A stretch of 48,650 nucleotides of DNA, taken from positions 1-48,650 of the forward strand of contig JAGWGZ010000002.1 of NCBI GenBank assembly GCA_028867075.1, given 5' to 3'. The notes under the pieces are model-generated. The model was given only the letters and a program-made list of their open reading frames with translations, was not told where the DNA came from and did not search any database. Position 1 is the stretch's first letter. Every line of letters starts with the position of its first letter. Of this stretch, positions 9,835 through 18,777 are shown piece after piece. A program made the translations under genes and the position numbers. Source of the DNA: Nanobdellota archaeon (GTDB taxonomy: Archaea > Nanobdellota > Nanobdellia > Pacearchaeales > GW2011-AR1).

Positions 9835-10670
9835 TTTAAATGCTCCTTATACTGTAATAAACACTCTTCAACTGCTTCATGGATCTCAGGAAGAGTTATC
9901 CCTGCATTTTTTAATTTATCTGTATTCAAGTAACAATTTGACCTTGTTCCAAGAGTTATTTGATTTAATTCTCTCAAGGAAAATTTGCCGAAATTATGGG
10001 AGGAATCGGCGATTTTTTTATATGCTTCCATAATCTCAAATGGTGAAATTATCCCGGGATTAACCAGGTTGTAAACCCCTGTCTTTCTTTCTTCTATAAG
10101 TTGCTTTATTGCCCCGAGCAAGTGAGGAACAGTGGTCATGGAATTTTTAACATCTATTAAATTTTCATATTTCTTAATTTTGTCAATCAGATTTCTTTCA
10201 TCTGGATGGTCATCAACAGGCATTCTCACCCGGAGAATCAATGCACTCGGATTTGAGGCAGTGATTGCTTTTTCCGCCAATATTTTTGTTTTTGCATAAA
10301 ATTGAGGACCATAAAAGTTAGGTTCATCATCTTCTGTAAACCCCTCACCTCCCTTATCTCCTAGATACATGCATCCGCTTCCGAGATGAACAAAATATAT
10401 GCCTCTTAATGCACATGCAGAAGAGAGATTAACTGCAGCAGAAACATTTGAGAGTATTGTCTCTTCTTTATGCGTCTCGCACCAGTCTATGTTTGGGCGC
10501 CCTGTTTTTCCGATGGCATTAATAACGACATCTGGTTTTTCTATATCAAGAATCTTCTCTATATCTGATAAATCAGTTGCATCGGCAATTTCTCTTCCTA
10601 TTACTTTATATCCTAGATAATTCGCTATTCTTGTTCCCAAGAACCCTCTTCCAAACACAAGCCCCTTCAT
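9831..10670 (-). CDS. dTDP-4-dehydrorhamnose reductase-like (RmlD-type) sugar nucleotide reductase
   Basis: SDR-like protein of about 280 aa that lacks the extended dehydratase motifs. The start is set at the ATG at 10670, which forms an ATGA overlap with the rfbB stop (tcat at 10667-10670). Confidence 0.6.
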   Translation of the reverse strand: MKGLVFGRGFLGTRIANYLGYKVIGREIADATDLSDIEKILDIEKPDVVINAIGKTGRPNIDWCETHKEETILSNVSAAVNLSSACALRGIYFVHLGSGCMYLGDKGGEGFTEDDEPNFYGPQFYAKTKILAEKAITASNPSALILRVRMPVDDHPDERNLIDKIKKYENLIDVKNSMTTVPHLLGAIKQLIEERKTGVYNLVNPGIISPFEIMEAYKKIADSSHNFGKFSLRELNQITLGTRSNCYLNTDKLKNAGITLPEIHEAVEECLLQYKEHLK

Positions 10671-11662
10671 TTTCCCTTCAAAGGCCTCCACCATGATTGG
10701 TTCTCTTCATACCATTTGCATGTTTCATCTAATCTCTTGTAAAAAGAACCAGGATCTACTTTAAATCCTAAATCAGCCAATTTATCTCCGGAGATTGAAT
10801 ACCTAAAGTCATGCCCTTTCCTGTGAGGTATATGTTCTATCATTTCATCTCCTTTACCAAAATAGTATAGGATTGCTCTGGTTATTTCAAGATTGTTTAA
10901 TTCACTGTTCCCAGGAATGTTATACACTTCTCCGACTTTTCCATGATTCAGAATATGCCATATAGCGCGGCAATTGTCCTCAACATGAATCCAGTCTCTT
11001 ACATTCAATCCGGGATTGTCTTCAGACCACATAAGAGGGACCTTTTTCCCGTCGATAAGATTTGTTATGAAAAGAGGTATCAGTTTTTCCGGGAGCTGAA
11101 ATGGCCCATAGTTATTTGAAGACCTTGTTATAATTACAGGGGCACTATGTGTTTTGTGATATGCTACAGCAAATTGCTCTGCTGCGGCCTTACTTGCTGA
11201 ATAAGGGCTTGATGGATTTAATAGGTCATCCTCATTAAACGAACCTTCTTTTCTGCTTCCATAAACTTCGTCCGTTGAGATTTGAACAAATTTCTCTAAT
11301 TTTCCAATGGAGACATCAAGTAAATTAACTGTTCCGCTAACATTTGAAGTGACAAAGTCCATAGAATTACTAATACTCCTATCCACATGACTCTCCGCGG
11401 CAAAATTAACAATCACAGATGGATCAAACAAGTCAAGAGCATGTTCTACTTGCTCTCGAATAGAGACATCTCCTCGGATAAAGGTATATCTTGGATCATG
11501 GCTTAAACCCATATGCCCTATGTTCTTACCCTGTCCTGCATATGTTAGCTTATCAAAGTTGCATATCTCCAAATTCTCTTCACCAGAATCCTCAAGGAGA
11601 AATCTTATGAAATTGCTTCCAATGAATCCGGAGCCGCCGGTTATCAAGATTTTCATTCCCAA
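10667..11662 (-). CDS. rfbB: dTDP-glucose 4,6-dehydratase
   Basis: MKILITGGSGFIGSNF, STDEVYG and YSASKAA (YxxxK), with a length of about 330 aa. Confidence 0.9.
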   Translation of the reverse strand: MGMKILITGGSGFIGSNFIRFLLEDSGEENLEICNFDKLTYAGQGKNIGHMGLSHDPRYTFIRGDVSIREQVEHALDLFDPSVIVNFAAESHVDRSISNSMDFVTSNVSGTVNLLDVSIGKLEKFVQISTDEVYGSRKEGSFNEDDLLNPSSPYSASKAAAEQFAVAYHKTHSAPVIITRSSNNYGPFQLPEKLIPLFITNLIDGKKVPLMWSEDNPGLNVRDWIHVEDNCRAIWHILNHGKVGEVYNIPGNSELNNLEITRAILYYFGKGDEMIEHIPHRKGHDFRYSISGDKLADLGFKVDPGSFYKRLDETCKWYEENQSWWRPLKGK

Positions 11663-11704
11663 GATATTTTATTCTAAGTTTTAAAGGTTATGAAATACAG
11701 TTCA

Positions 11705-13120
11705 TCAGGGATTATTGTCTGCGAATGTCCCAGAAACAATCTTTTTTGATTCAAATCGTCGTGAAATTATTAGTCCGATCAGGTAAACCATATTGCTTAC
11801 TATAACTGCAATGATAACCCCGTAAGTTGCAATCGACTCGCTGAATTGAAGAAGGTATGTAACAAGAGTGTAACTAAGTGTTATATTAACTGCTGTAGAA
11901 ATTAGGAGAAGTATAATAAGTAAAGACGGTTTGCCTTTTGACATAAAGTAGGTGCTGTAAATCCCAACAAGAGGAGCAATAATTAAAAGAGGGGACAGTG
12001 CTCTTAACATTTCTGCAGCGGGGTTATAAGCCGAGCCATATATTATCAAGATTATAACCGATGAAAAGATAAGAGTTCCTGCAAAAAAGCCAAGCCCTAT
12101 TAAAAGTGTGGACCTAAGAGATTTAATTATTCCTCTCTCCAATTGGCGAGGATTTATTCTACTAAAAATAGGAAGTAGCACTGTACCAAAACCGATTATT
12201 GCGGCAAGAGCTGCAACTAAATTGAATGCAGCGGAATAATATCCTATGAATTCAGCACTGACAAAATGACCTAGAATAATCTTGTCTACATAGCCGAAGA
12301 ACACGCCGGATAATGATAAAGCAGAGGCTGCTAAAAAGAATTTATTGGAATCTTTAATTTCGTTTCTTCCAAGCTTTGATCCGGATAAGGGGAGAGGATT
12401 TACTCTCTTAAGTTGGGAAAAATAAATGAATCCGGATGAAACAAGATAGGATGCGGATAATGCAATAAAGAGAAACATTAGCACTATCTCGTTAGATTGA
12501 GTATACCTTAATACAAGAAGGGTTGCTAGGGGAACAAGAACAATCCTGGATATTTCAAAAACCACCTCATTATTGAAAATCCCTCTAAAATAGTTAAAGG
12601 ACTGTAGGGCTGATTGAACAAAGGAGACTATCTCGAAAAAGATTATATATACAACTCCTGCAAGAAGGGCCAAAAGGATCGGCTTGTTAAAGTAAACTTT
12701 AGAGATAAAATTAGCAGAGACAATAAGGGCTGTTATCGAGAATAAGACCAAAAAGAGCTTCATTTTTCTAAAATAAACATAAAATGATCTGGCTGTCTTT
12801 TCATCCTTTTTCCCTAAATGAAAAGAAACAAACCGTATCATAGTCTGCCCAAGCCCAAGTTCTGCAAATGTGGTGAAAATTAAGATTACAGATAAAGCAA
12901 GATTGTACAATCCGAAAAGGTCCGGAGTAAGCATTCGTGCAAGAATTATTGTTAGAACTAATGCACCAAGTTTAGAAACAATTTGTGATGAAAACTGAAA
13001 CAATCCATTTTTTATGGCCAGGCCGGTATTTCCTGAAAAATCCCTCTTTTTTATTCTCATTAAGATATCTGTGATGTCTTTCTTTTCTGAAGTGAAGTTT
13101 TCTTTTATGCTCGGAACCAT
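11705..13120 (-). CDS. polysaccharide/oligosaccharide flippase (Wzx, MOP superfamily)
   Basis: 471-aa polytopic membrane protein in a glycan cluster, with a typical polysaccharide-biosynthesis-protein hydrophobic pattern. Confidence 0.7.
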   Translation of the reverse strand: MVPSIKENFTSEKKDITDILMRIKKRDFSGNTGLAIKNGLFQFSSQIVSKLGALVLTIILARMLTPDLFGLYNLALSVILIFTTFAELGLGQTMIRFVSFHLGKKDEKTARSFYVYFRKMKLFLVLFSITALIVSANFISKVYFNKPILLALLAGVVYIIFFEIVSFVQSALQSFNYFRGIFNNEVVFEISRIVLVPLATLLVLRYTQSNEIVLMFLFIALSASYLVSSGFIYFSQLKRVNPLPLSGSKLGRNEIKDSNKFFLAASALSLSGVFFGYVDKIILGHFVSAEFIGYYSAAFNLVAALAAIIGFGTVLLPIFSRINPRQLERGIIKSLRSTLLIGLGFFAGTLIFSSVIILIIYGSAYNPAAEMLRALSPLLIIAPLVGIYSTYFMSKGKPSLLIILLLISTAVNITLSYTLVTYLLQFSESIATYGVIIAVIVSNMVYLIGLIISRRFESKKIVSGTFADNNP

Positions 13121-13180
13121 TACAGCCTGAAGTCATAAGAAGTTTTAAAAATCTTCTATAGGATAAGATGGGAGAAAGGT

Positions 13181-13594
13181 CTATACTTTCTCTCTTCTTT
13201 TTATAACTCTACATGGAACTCCGAACGCGACAACATTGTCCGGAATATCTCTGGTTACAAAACTATAAGCTCCAATTACAGAATTCTTTCCAATCTTAAT
13301 CCCAGGCATAATTGTGCTGTGAGTACCAATACAGGCTCCCTCTCCAATGATGATTCTCCCTAGTTTACTGTCGATTGTACTCTCAGATAAGATAGCTGTA
13401 AATGGGCCTATCTCCACATTATCTTCTATTCTGACACCGCCTCTAGCCTGTATATAAACAAATTGGGATATGTCCACATAATTCCCTAAATCCAATCCTT
13501 CAGGATAGTGAACTAAGAAGTTATAGGCAGTTAAAACCCCATGTTGTATCTCTGGTCTCTTCCATTTATTTCGCCATTCATCTGTATGAGTCAT
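13181..13594 (-). CDS. hexapeptide-repeat (LbH) sugar acetyltransferase
   Basis: Repeated [LIV]G-x4 hexapeptides: IGEGACIGTHSTIMPGIKIGKNSVIGAYSFV. 4-nt overlap with the upstream aminotransferase gene. Confidence 0.75.
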   Translation of the reverse strand: MTHTDEWRNKWKRPEIQHGVLTAYNFLVHYPEGLDLGNYVDISQFVYIQARGGVRIEDNVEIGPFTAILSESTIDSKLGRIIIGEGACIGTHSTIMPGIKIGKNSVIGAYSFVTRDIPDNVVAFGVPCRVIKRREKV

Positions 13595-14730
13595 TGTGTT
13601 TTAATCAAAGCCTCCTTAATTTGAGTGACAACATAGTCCATATCTTCTTCGCTCAGCTTATTATAAAAAGGGATGGCAATTGTTTGTCGTGAAATTCTCT
13701 CAGCTATTGGAAAATCTCCTCTTTTATAACCAAATTGGTTCGTATAAAGGGGTTGCAAATGTATTGTTGGAAAATACTCCCTACACCCAACACCATTGTT
13801 TTGAAGGTAGGTCATAATCTGATTTCGTTTACTTTCTTCTACGCCGATCACAAAAACAAACCAACTTCTTTTTTTGTTTTGAGTGTTCTTAACTGGCAAA
13901 GTAACTTCCTCCAGTGAACTTAATTTTTCTATATATCTTTCAGCAATATCTTCTCTTCTGGAGAGGATTTCTTCAATTCTATCAATTTGAGCAACCCCTA
14001 ATGCAGCATTTATCTCATTCATCCAATAATTATACCCCATTCTTTCAGTGTATGCCACTTTCGAGTCTGGTTTTCCATGATTTCTCATACTCCTGCATAA
14101 TTCAGCTAAGTCTCTTCTTGGGGTAACTATTGCTCCCCCTTCTCCTGTTGTAATCTGCTTATTTGGAAAAAAAGATAATACTGAGAGGGTAGACTCTCCG
14201 CCAACTTTTTTTCCATTATACTCAGCACCTAATGCTTCGCAAGAATCTTCTATTATTGGGAGATTGTACTTTTCTGCTACTTCCCTAATTTTGTCCATCT
14301 CACAAGGGTATCCAAAGATATCTGCTGGAAGAATTGCTTTTGTTCTCGAATTAATTTTGGATTCAATTAAGGAGGGATTAATATTGTATGTTTCAGGATC
14401 AATATCGACAAAAATGGGTTTTGCTTTCTCCATGAGTAAACAGTTACTTGAAGAGACAAAACTAAATGGGGTTGTTATAACCTCATCATCATTGCTTATA
14501 CCGAGACTTTTAACACTTAAATGCAGTGCGGCAGTCCCATTATTCACAGCGATTACATAGGGAATTCCTAGATAGGCGGATAATCTTTCCTCAAATTCTT
14601 GAATTATGGGGCCTCTACTCAAGAAATTTGTGTCCAAAACAGCAAGTACCTTTTTCTTCTCGGTGTCTGTTACATCTGCTAAGGAAATTGGTACCTCTCT
14701 TCTTAATTGCCCTGCTATTGCCATCACCAT
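13591..14730 (-). CDS. DegT/DnrJ/EryC1/StrS family PLP-dependent sugar aminotransferase
   Basis: NGTAALHL, and SFFPNKQITTGEGGAI containing the PLP lysine. About 380 aa. Confidence 0.85.
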   Translation of the reverse strand: MVMAIAGQLRREVPISLADVTDTEKKKVLAVLDTNFLSRGPIIQEFEERLSAYLGIPYVIAVNNGTAALHLSVKSLGISNDDEVITTPFSFVSSSNCLLMEKAKPIFVDIDPETYNINPSLIESKINSRTKAILPADIFGYPCEMDKIREVAEKYNLPIIEDSCEALGAEYNGKKVGGESTLSVLSFFPNKQITTGEGGAIVTPRRDLAELCRSMRNHGKPDSKVAYTERMGYNYWMNEINAALGVAQIDRIEEILSRREDIAERYIEKLSSLEEVTLPVKNTQNKKRSWFVFVIGVEESKRNQIMTYLQNNGVGCREYFPTIHLQPLYTNQFGYKRGDFPIAERISRQTIAIPFYNKLSEEDMDYVVTQIKEALIKTQ

Positions 14731-14797
14731 TATTGAGTGGTATGCTTTTTAAATATTATCAAATGGAGATACATCTCTCAAAAGAGATACGGGGGAA

Positions 14798-16330
14798 TCA
14801 TTCTTTCTCAATTCTATTGATGATATCAACAAATGCCGGTCTTGTTATCAGAATTCCGACGGTGATTCCGATGATCGTTGTAAATGCAAAACCTTTGAAG
14901 AACCCTGCAACTGCCCAAACAAGAGGGATAAGGGAGACGAATGCCGTGAAGTAAGAACCGAGGATGATTGAAAATGCTCGCTTAAGTCGCTGTTTCAAGG
15001 TCATGAGTTTAGTCTTTGCCTCATCAAGAATAATTATCTGGCTGTCTATTCCTGTCCCGATTGTTGCAAGAATTCCGGCAATGCTTGGAAGATCGAGATT
15101 CCATTTAATAAAAGCGGCGATTCCGAGAATGATAATTATCTCCGAGATGCTTGTGAGTATCAATGCAAGTGAAGCTTTTAGCCTCTTATATCGTATGAAA
15201 ACAATTATAGAGACCGCCAATATTGCAATCAATCCGGCAAGAAGAATCGTGTCTGTAAAGTTCTTTCCGAGGAGCGGGGAAATTGTATTAAGTTGGACAA
15301 TTTCAAGTTTAAAGGGCAAGCTGCCCGTCTGTAAAATCGTCTGTAATTGCTTCATTTGAGAAGTTGCATTAGTAATGGCATCATTCTCCGTTGCGCCAAC
15401 CCCAGAACCCTGGATTGAGACCTGGGTATTAATTCTTCCTTTCAGGTCAGCACTTATCTGCAAACTTTCCAACTGCTGTCCATCCAGGAAGAGGTCTATA
15501 TTTTTTGACAGATAATTCCCATTGGAATTTGAGATCACGGAAAGATTTTGTGTCAAAACTGCAAATCTCTCTGCGGCACTTTGGCTGAGGTAAACAGCAA
15601 AACTGAACGTACAAACATAAGACCCGTCTGACTGTTGGTTACATTGTTGCAATCCCGACTGCTGTCCGGATGTTGCAACCGAGGCAATGTCCTGCTTTTC
15701 ACCCTGGAAAACAGTATCATTCCCTATTTTAGCTTCAAAATTTCCCTGTTGAGAAATCAGACTTTCCAAATCGCTGGGTGTTTTCCCGCCGATTTCCACA
15801 CTTACGTAATTAGTTCCACTCAAATCCTGTATTGGAGAGACTTTTATATCCTCCAACCCGTAGACATTCAACCTGTTGTTTATCATCTGGGCAACTTCGC
15901 TCGCCTGTTCAGAGGTCATAGATTGATTTGCTGCTCTTACAAGGGCACTTGCTCCACCGGACAAATCCAGACCCGTCTTCAAATTTGTCGGCGATAAGTC
16001 GTCCACGACAATCTGCGGAGGGATGTTTGAATAATAAATTACTTGCCCCTGGTCTGTATCAAATGTTACCTTCATGCTATCATTAGAGTCGAAGAGATTC
16101 TGTATTGCTGCAGAGTAATCTTCGGTATTCTTTATCTGCTGGCTATTAATCGCGGTTATAATTTCTCCTGCCTTGAATCCCTGTACAGATGCTGTTGAGT
16201 TTGGGATAATGCTTGAAACAACAACTCCATTCTGAAAGAGGTATGCTCCAGAAAATATTGAAACCAATGATAGAAATAGAGCTATTATCAATAGCCAAAT
16301 TTTCCAGCTAAGCTTAAGATTTATTTTCAT
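14798..16330 (-). CDS. secD: protein-export membrane protein SecD with an N-terminal PDZ-like insertion
   Basis: The C-terminal TM bundle LLAGLIAILAVSIIVFIRY...GTGIDSQIIILDE is SecD-like. aa ~35-100, VVSSIIPNSTASVQGFKAGEIITAINSQQIKNTEDY, looks like a PDZ domain. Confidence 0.8.
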   Translation of the reverse strand: MKINLKLSWKIWLLIIALFLSLVSIFSGAYLFQNGVVVSSIIPNSTASVQGFKAGEIITAINSQQIKNTEDYSAAIQNLFDSNDSMKVTFDTDQGQVIYYSNIPPQIVVDDLSPTNLKTGLDLSGGASALVRAANQSMTSEQASEVAQMINNRLNVYGLEDIKVSPIQDLSGTNYVSVEIGGKTPSDLESLISQQGNFEAKIGNDTVFQGEKQDIASVATSGQQSGLQQCNQQSDGSYVCTFSFAVYLSQSAAERFAVLTQNLSVISNSNGNYLSKNIDLFLDGQQLESLQISADLKGRINTQVSIQGSGVGATENDAITNATSQMKQLQTILQTGSLPFKLEIVQLNTISPLLGKNFTDTILLAGLIAILAVSIIVFIRYKRLKASLALILTSISEIIIILGIAAFIKWNLDLPSIAGILATIGTGIDSQIIILDEAKTKLMTLKQRLKRAFSIILGSYFTAFVSLIPLVWAVAGFFKGFAFTTIIGITVGILITRPAFVDIINRIEKE

Positions 16331-17222
16331 ATTTCTTTGATGCGTACCATTTAATTATAACTGCATTAGTCACCCATGTGTTGAAAACATCAAAACAGAG
16401 TCCTATTGCAAGAATTGTAAAAATCTGAGACATTGTGTTCGAGAAAGAACTTAGTATAAGAAGTGCCGAGAGTACGGCAACCAAAGCAGCAATAGTCATC
16501 GTTATTCCTGTTTTAAATGCGCCAAAGATTTTAGAATTCACAGAACCAGAACCTGTAGATTTCAAAACACGATTTGTAAGCAAGATGTCTGTGTCCACCG
16601 AGTATCCGATAAGCATAAGGAAAGCTATAATTCCTGCAGAAGATAATTTCATTCCAGATAAATCAACAACTGCCAACGTCATTAAAATATCTGCAAATGC
16701 AGAGAGAACAACAGCCAACGACGGGATAAATGTTCTGAACAGGATGAAGACAACTATTGACATGAACACAAATGCGATTAATATTGCAATAAGAAGCTGC
16801 TGATAAAAGCTTGTTCCGATTGATGGGTTTGTAAACTCAAAACTGCTGTTCTGCTCAGTAAGATTATAACCTAAGTATCTTTCAAGTGTCGTCTTTGCCT
16901 GATCTGCATTTTCATGAGTCTGGATTATTACTGCTTTTTGCTGTTGGGTAACAATGTCTTTTATTGAGTTGACATCGATATCCCCCAAATACGTAGGTAA
17001 ATCCCTCTGAAGCTGACTAACACTAAGATTGCTACTGTAAATTGTTACAGAAGTCCCTCCTGCTAGAGAGATGTCCCTGTAAATAAAATCGCCGGTTTTG
17101 GCATGAAAAACGAAGATATAAATCAAAGCCAGAATAATCAAAAGTGCGGATGCTAAAAAGAGGAATTTATACCTCTTGTTATAGAATGCAGAGATTTTTT
17201 CTTTTAATTTTCCTTTTTCCAT
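16314..17222 (-). CDS. secF: protein-export membrane protein SecF
   Basis: LLIAILIAFVFMSIVVFILFR...IGYSVDTDILLTNRVLK is SecF-like. Overlaps the secD start. Confidence 0.8.
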   Translation of the reverse strand: MEKGKLKEKISAFYNKRYKFLFLASALLIILALIYIFVFHAKTGDFIYRDISLAGGTSVTIYSSNLSVSQLQRDLPTYLGDIDVNSIKDIVTQQQKAVIIQTHENADQAKTTLERYLGYNLTEQNSSFEFTNPSIGTSFYQQLLIAILIAFVFMSIVVFILFRTFIPSLAVVLSAFADILMTLAVVDLSGMKLSSAGIIAFLMLIGYSVDTDILLTNRVLKSTGSGSVNSKIFGAFKTGITMTIAALVAVLSALLILSSFSNTMSQIFTILAIGLCFDVFNTWVTNAVIIKWYASKKYENKS

Positions 17223-17230
17223 CTTATCAA

Positions 17231-17364
17231 TGCGCCGGCCGGGAGTCGAACCCGGACCATCTGCTCTCTACTGTATTCCTGCTTGGAGAAAAACTGCATT
17301 TTTCCGCAGTGGTTTCCCCGAAACACACTGGAAGGCAGAGATTCTACCGCTAAACCACCAGCGC
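17231..17364 (-). tRNA. tRNA-Gly (anticodon UCC) with a 63-nt intron at position 37/38
   Basis: Hand fold: acceptor GCGCUGG/CCGGCGC, D arm GUUU-AGCGGUA-GAAU, anticodon stem UCUGC/GCAGA, loop CUUCCA|intron|A, T arm CCGGG-UUCGACU-CCCGG, discriminator A. Exons 17364-17329 and 17265-17231, intron 17328-17266. Confidence 0.8.
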
Positions 17365-17390
17365 TTAAAAATATGTGTTAAAATGGAGTT

Positions 17391-17816
17391 TTAAAGATTG
17401 TTGTTTGGGTAGATTATCCACTGAGCTTTTCCAGGGAGTCTTTTTTGAAAACCTGCTTTTACGGGAATTTTTAGAGGAGTAATCATTGAAAGATTAATCC
17501 AGGAATTCATCCATCCGTTTCTTGTTTTCAAAAGATAATGCCCTATAGGGTACTCTTTAGAACGCCTAATAAACACAATTGAACCGAATTCATTAACGTA
17601 TCTTTTAGTTTTATTAACAACTTTGGAATATTTGTAATTTAATTTTTTCTTCTCTAACACTTTAACAATATCTCGGCAATAAGCGCCTTTTTCTTTGCTG
17701 TAATATCTCCCAAATAATTTTAATGATTTTTTATAGGAAATCCCTAAAAGGCTAGCTACACAAGATACAGAACATCCATTGTAATCTTCTTGGGCAACTG
17801 GTTGAAATGCTCTCAT
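17391..17816 (-). CDS. putative papain-fold cysteine peptidase (peptidase C39-like domain)
   Basis: Q-x8-NGCSVSCVASLLG (candidate Gln and Cys), then PIGHYLL (His), then NGWMNSW. The order and spacing resemble C39-like peptidase domains. Confidence 0.4.
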   Translation of the reverse strand: MRAFQPVAQEDYNGCSVSCVASLLGISYKKSLKLFGRYYSKEKGAYCRDIVKVLEKKKLNYKYSKVVNKTKRYVNEFGSIVFIRRSKEYPIGHYLLKTRNGWMNSWINLSMITPLKIPVKAGFQKRLPGKAQWIIYPNNNL

Positions 17817-17822
17817 TTTAAA

Positions 17823-17899
17823 TGCGCCCGATAGGATTTGAACCTACGACTCCCTCCTTAGGACGGAGGTACTCTGATTCCAGGCTGAGTTACGGGCGC
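17823..17899 (-). tRNA. tRNA-Arg (anticodon CCU)
   Basis: Hand fold: acceptor GCGCCCG/CGGGCGC, D stem ACUC/GAGU, anticodon stem CCUCC/GGAGG with loop GUCCUAA, T arm GUAGG-UUCAAAU-CCUAU. Confidence 0.85.
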
Positions 17900-17909
17900 G
17901 TTATGGTAA

Positions 17910-17993
17910 TGCAGGGAAGAGGATTCGAACCTCCGAACTCACTAAGAGACGGGATCTTGAGTCCCGCGCGTTTGACCACTTCGCTATCCCTGC
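17910..17993 (-). tRNA. tRNA-Leu (anticodon CAA), class II
   Basis: Acceptor GCAGGGA/UCCCUGC, anticodon stem CGGGA/UCCCG with loop CUCAAGA, long variable arm, T loop UUCGAAU. Confidence 0.85.
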
Positions 17994-18036
17994 TTAGAAA
18001 AGAGTACAATTGAAACTTTTTAAAAATATCAGAAAA

Positions 18037-18753
18037 CTACTTCAGAGTCTTGGAAACTAATTCCAGATCTTTTGTCAAAGCCGCTATTGAACGCTTAAAG
18101 ATTTCAGAAACATTAATCTGACCGAAAGATTCTATTGTAATAACTAACTCGTCTTTGGGTATCATCTCGGCTTTCTTTCCCTCTTCTCTGCAAATTTCCT
18201 CACAAATATCTGCAACTTCTTTTTTCTTATTGTCTATGACAATAATGTTCTTTCCTTCTTTTTTTACTTCATTGTGGGAAATCGCAGACTTAATCTTATC
18301 ATATAATTCTGAATCCATCTTTATCTCAACAACATCCCTATAGTAGAATAGGCCAGGGGAGAACTTGGAATGTTCACTTCCTTTGCCGGTTTTAGCGACG
18401 GCAACCACTTGAAGCTCATTATCTTCTCCAAGAGAAGTTATTGGAATCCTCTCGTAAACAACACCGAGAGCGCCCTTAAAGTCTCCAGAGTAGACCATGC
18501 CCGGACGTTTAACATCCAGTTTCATTTCCATCTCTGTCTTTTCATTGACAGCCTTGTCCATCTTCAGAGGTATCAATCCGATTCTATGAGCGATAGTCTC
18601 ATCATATAACGGAGAATCGTTTCTGTAAATTTCAACCTCATCAACAGCAAGAACCGGAATTTGATTTATGTAACGCCTTATTGCATTAGCCAGACTGTCT
18701 GTTATTTTTGCGCAAAAGACAATCTGATTTTCGTTTTTTTCTATAAGTTCCAT
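18037..18753 (-). CDS. rpoD: DNA-directed RNA polymerase subunit D (Rpo3)
   Basis: LANAIRRYINQIPVLAVDEVEIYRNDSPLYDETIAHRIGLIPL. Lies downstream of S13-S4-S11 as in the conserved archaeal operon. Confidence 0.85.
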   Translation of the reverse strand: MELIEKNENQIVFCAKITDSLANAIRRYINQIPVLAVDEVEIYRNDSPLYDETIAHRIGLIPLKMDKAVNEKTEMEMKLDVKRPGMVYSGDFKGALGVVYERIPITSLGEDNELQVVAVAKTGKGSEHSKFSPGLFYYRDVVEIKMDSELYDKIKSAISHNEVKKEGKNIIVIDNKKKEVADICEEICREEGKKAEMIPKDELVITIESFGQINVSEIFKRSIAALTKDLELVSKTLK

Positions 18754-18777
18754 TTTAATGAAAAATTTTGGGGTTTT

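Noticed and set aside
17231-17993. tRNA cluster as the attachment site of an integrated element
   Set aside because: Only one 141-aa ORF lies between the tRNAs. I found no duplicated tRNA 3' fragment (att repeat) and no integrase nearby, so there is no evidence for an island here.
17822-18013. 63-aa plus-strand ORF in the ORF track
   Set aside because: It lies entirely antisense to two well-folding tRNA genes (tRNA-Arg 17823-17899 and tRNA-Leu 17910-17993). Its 'protein' is just the complement of tRNA sequence.
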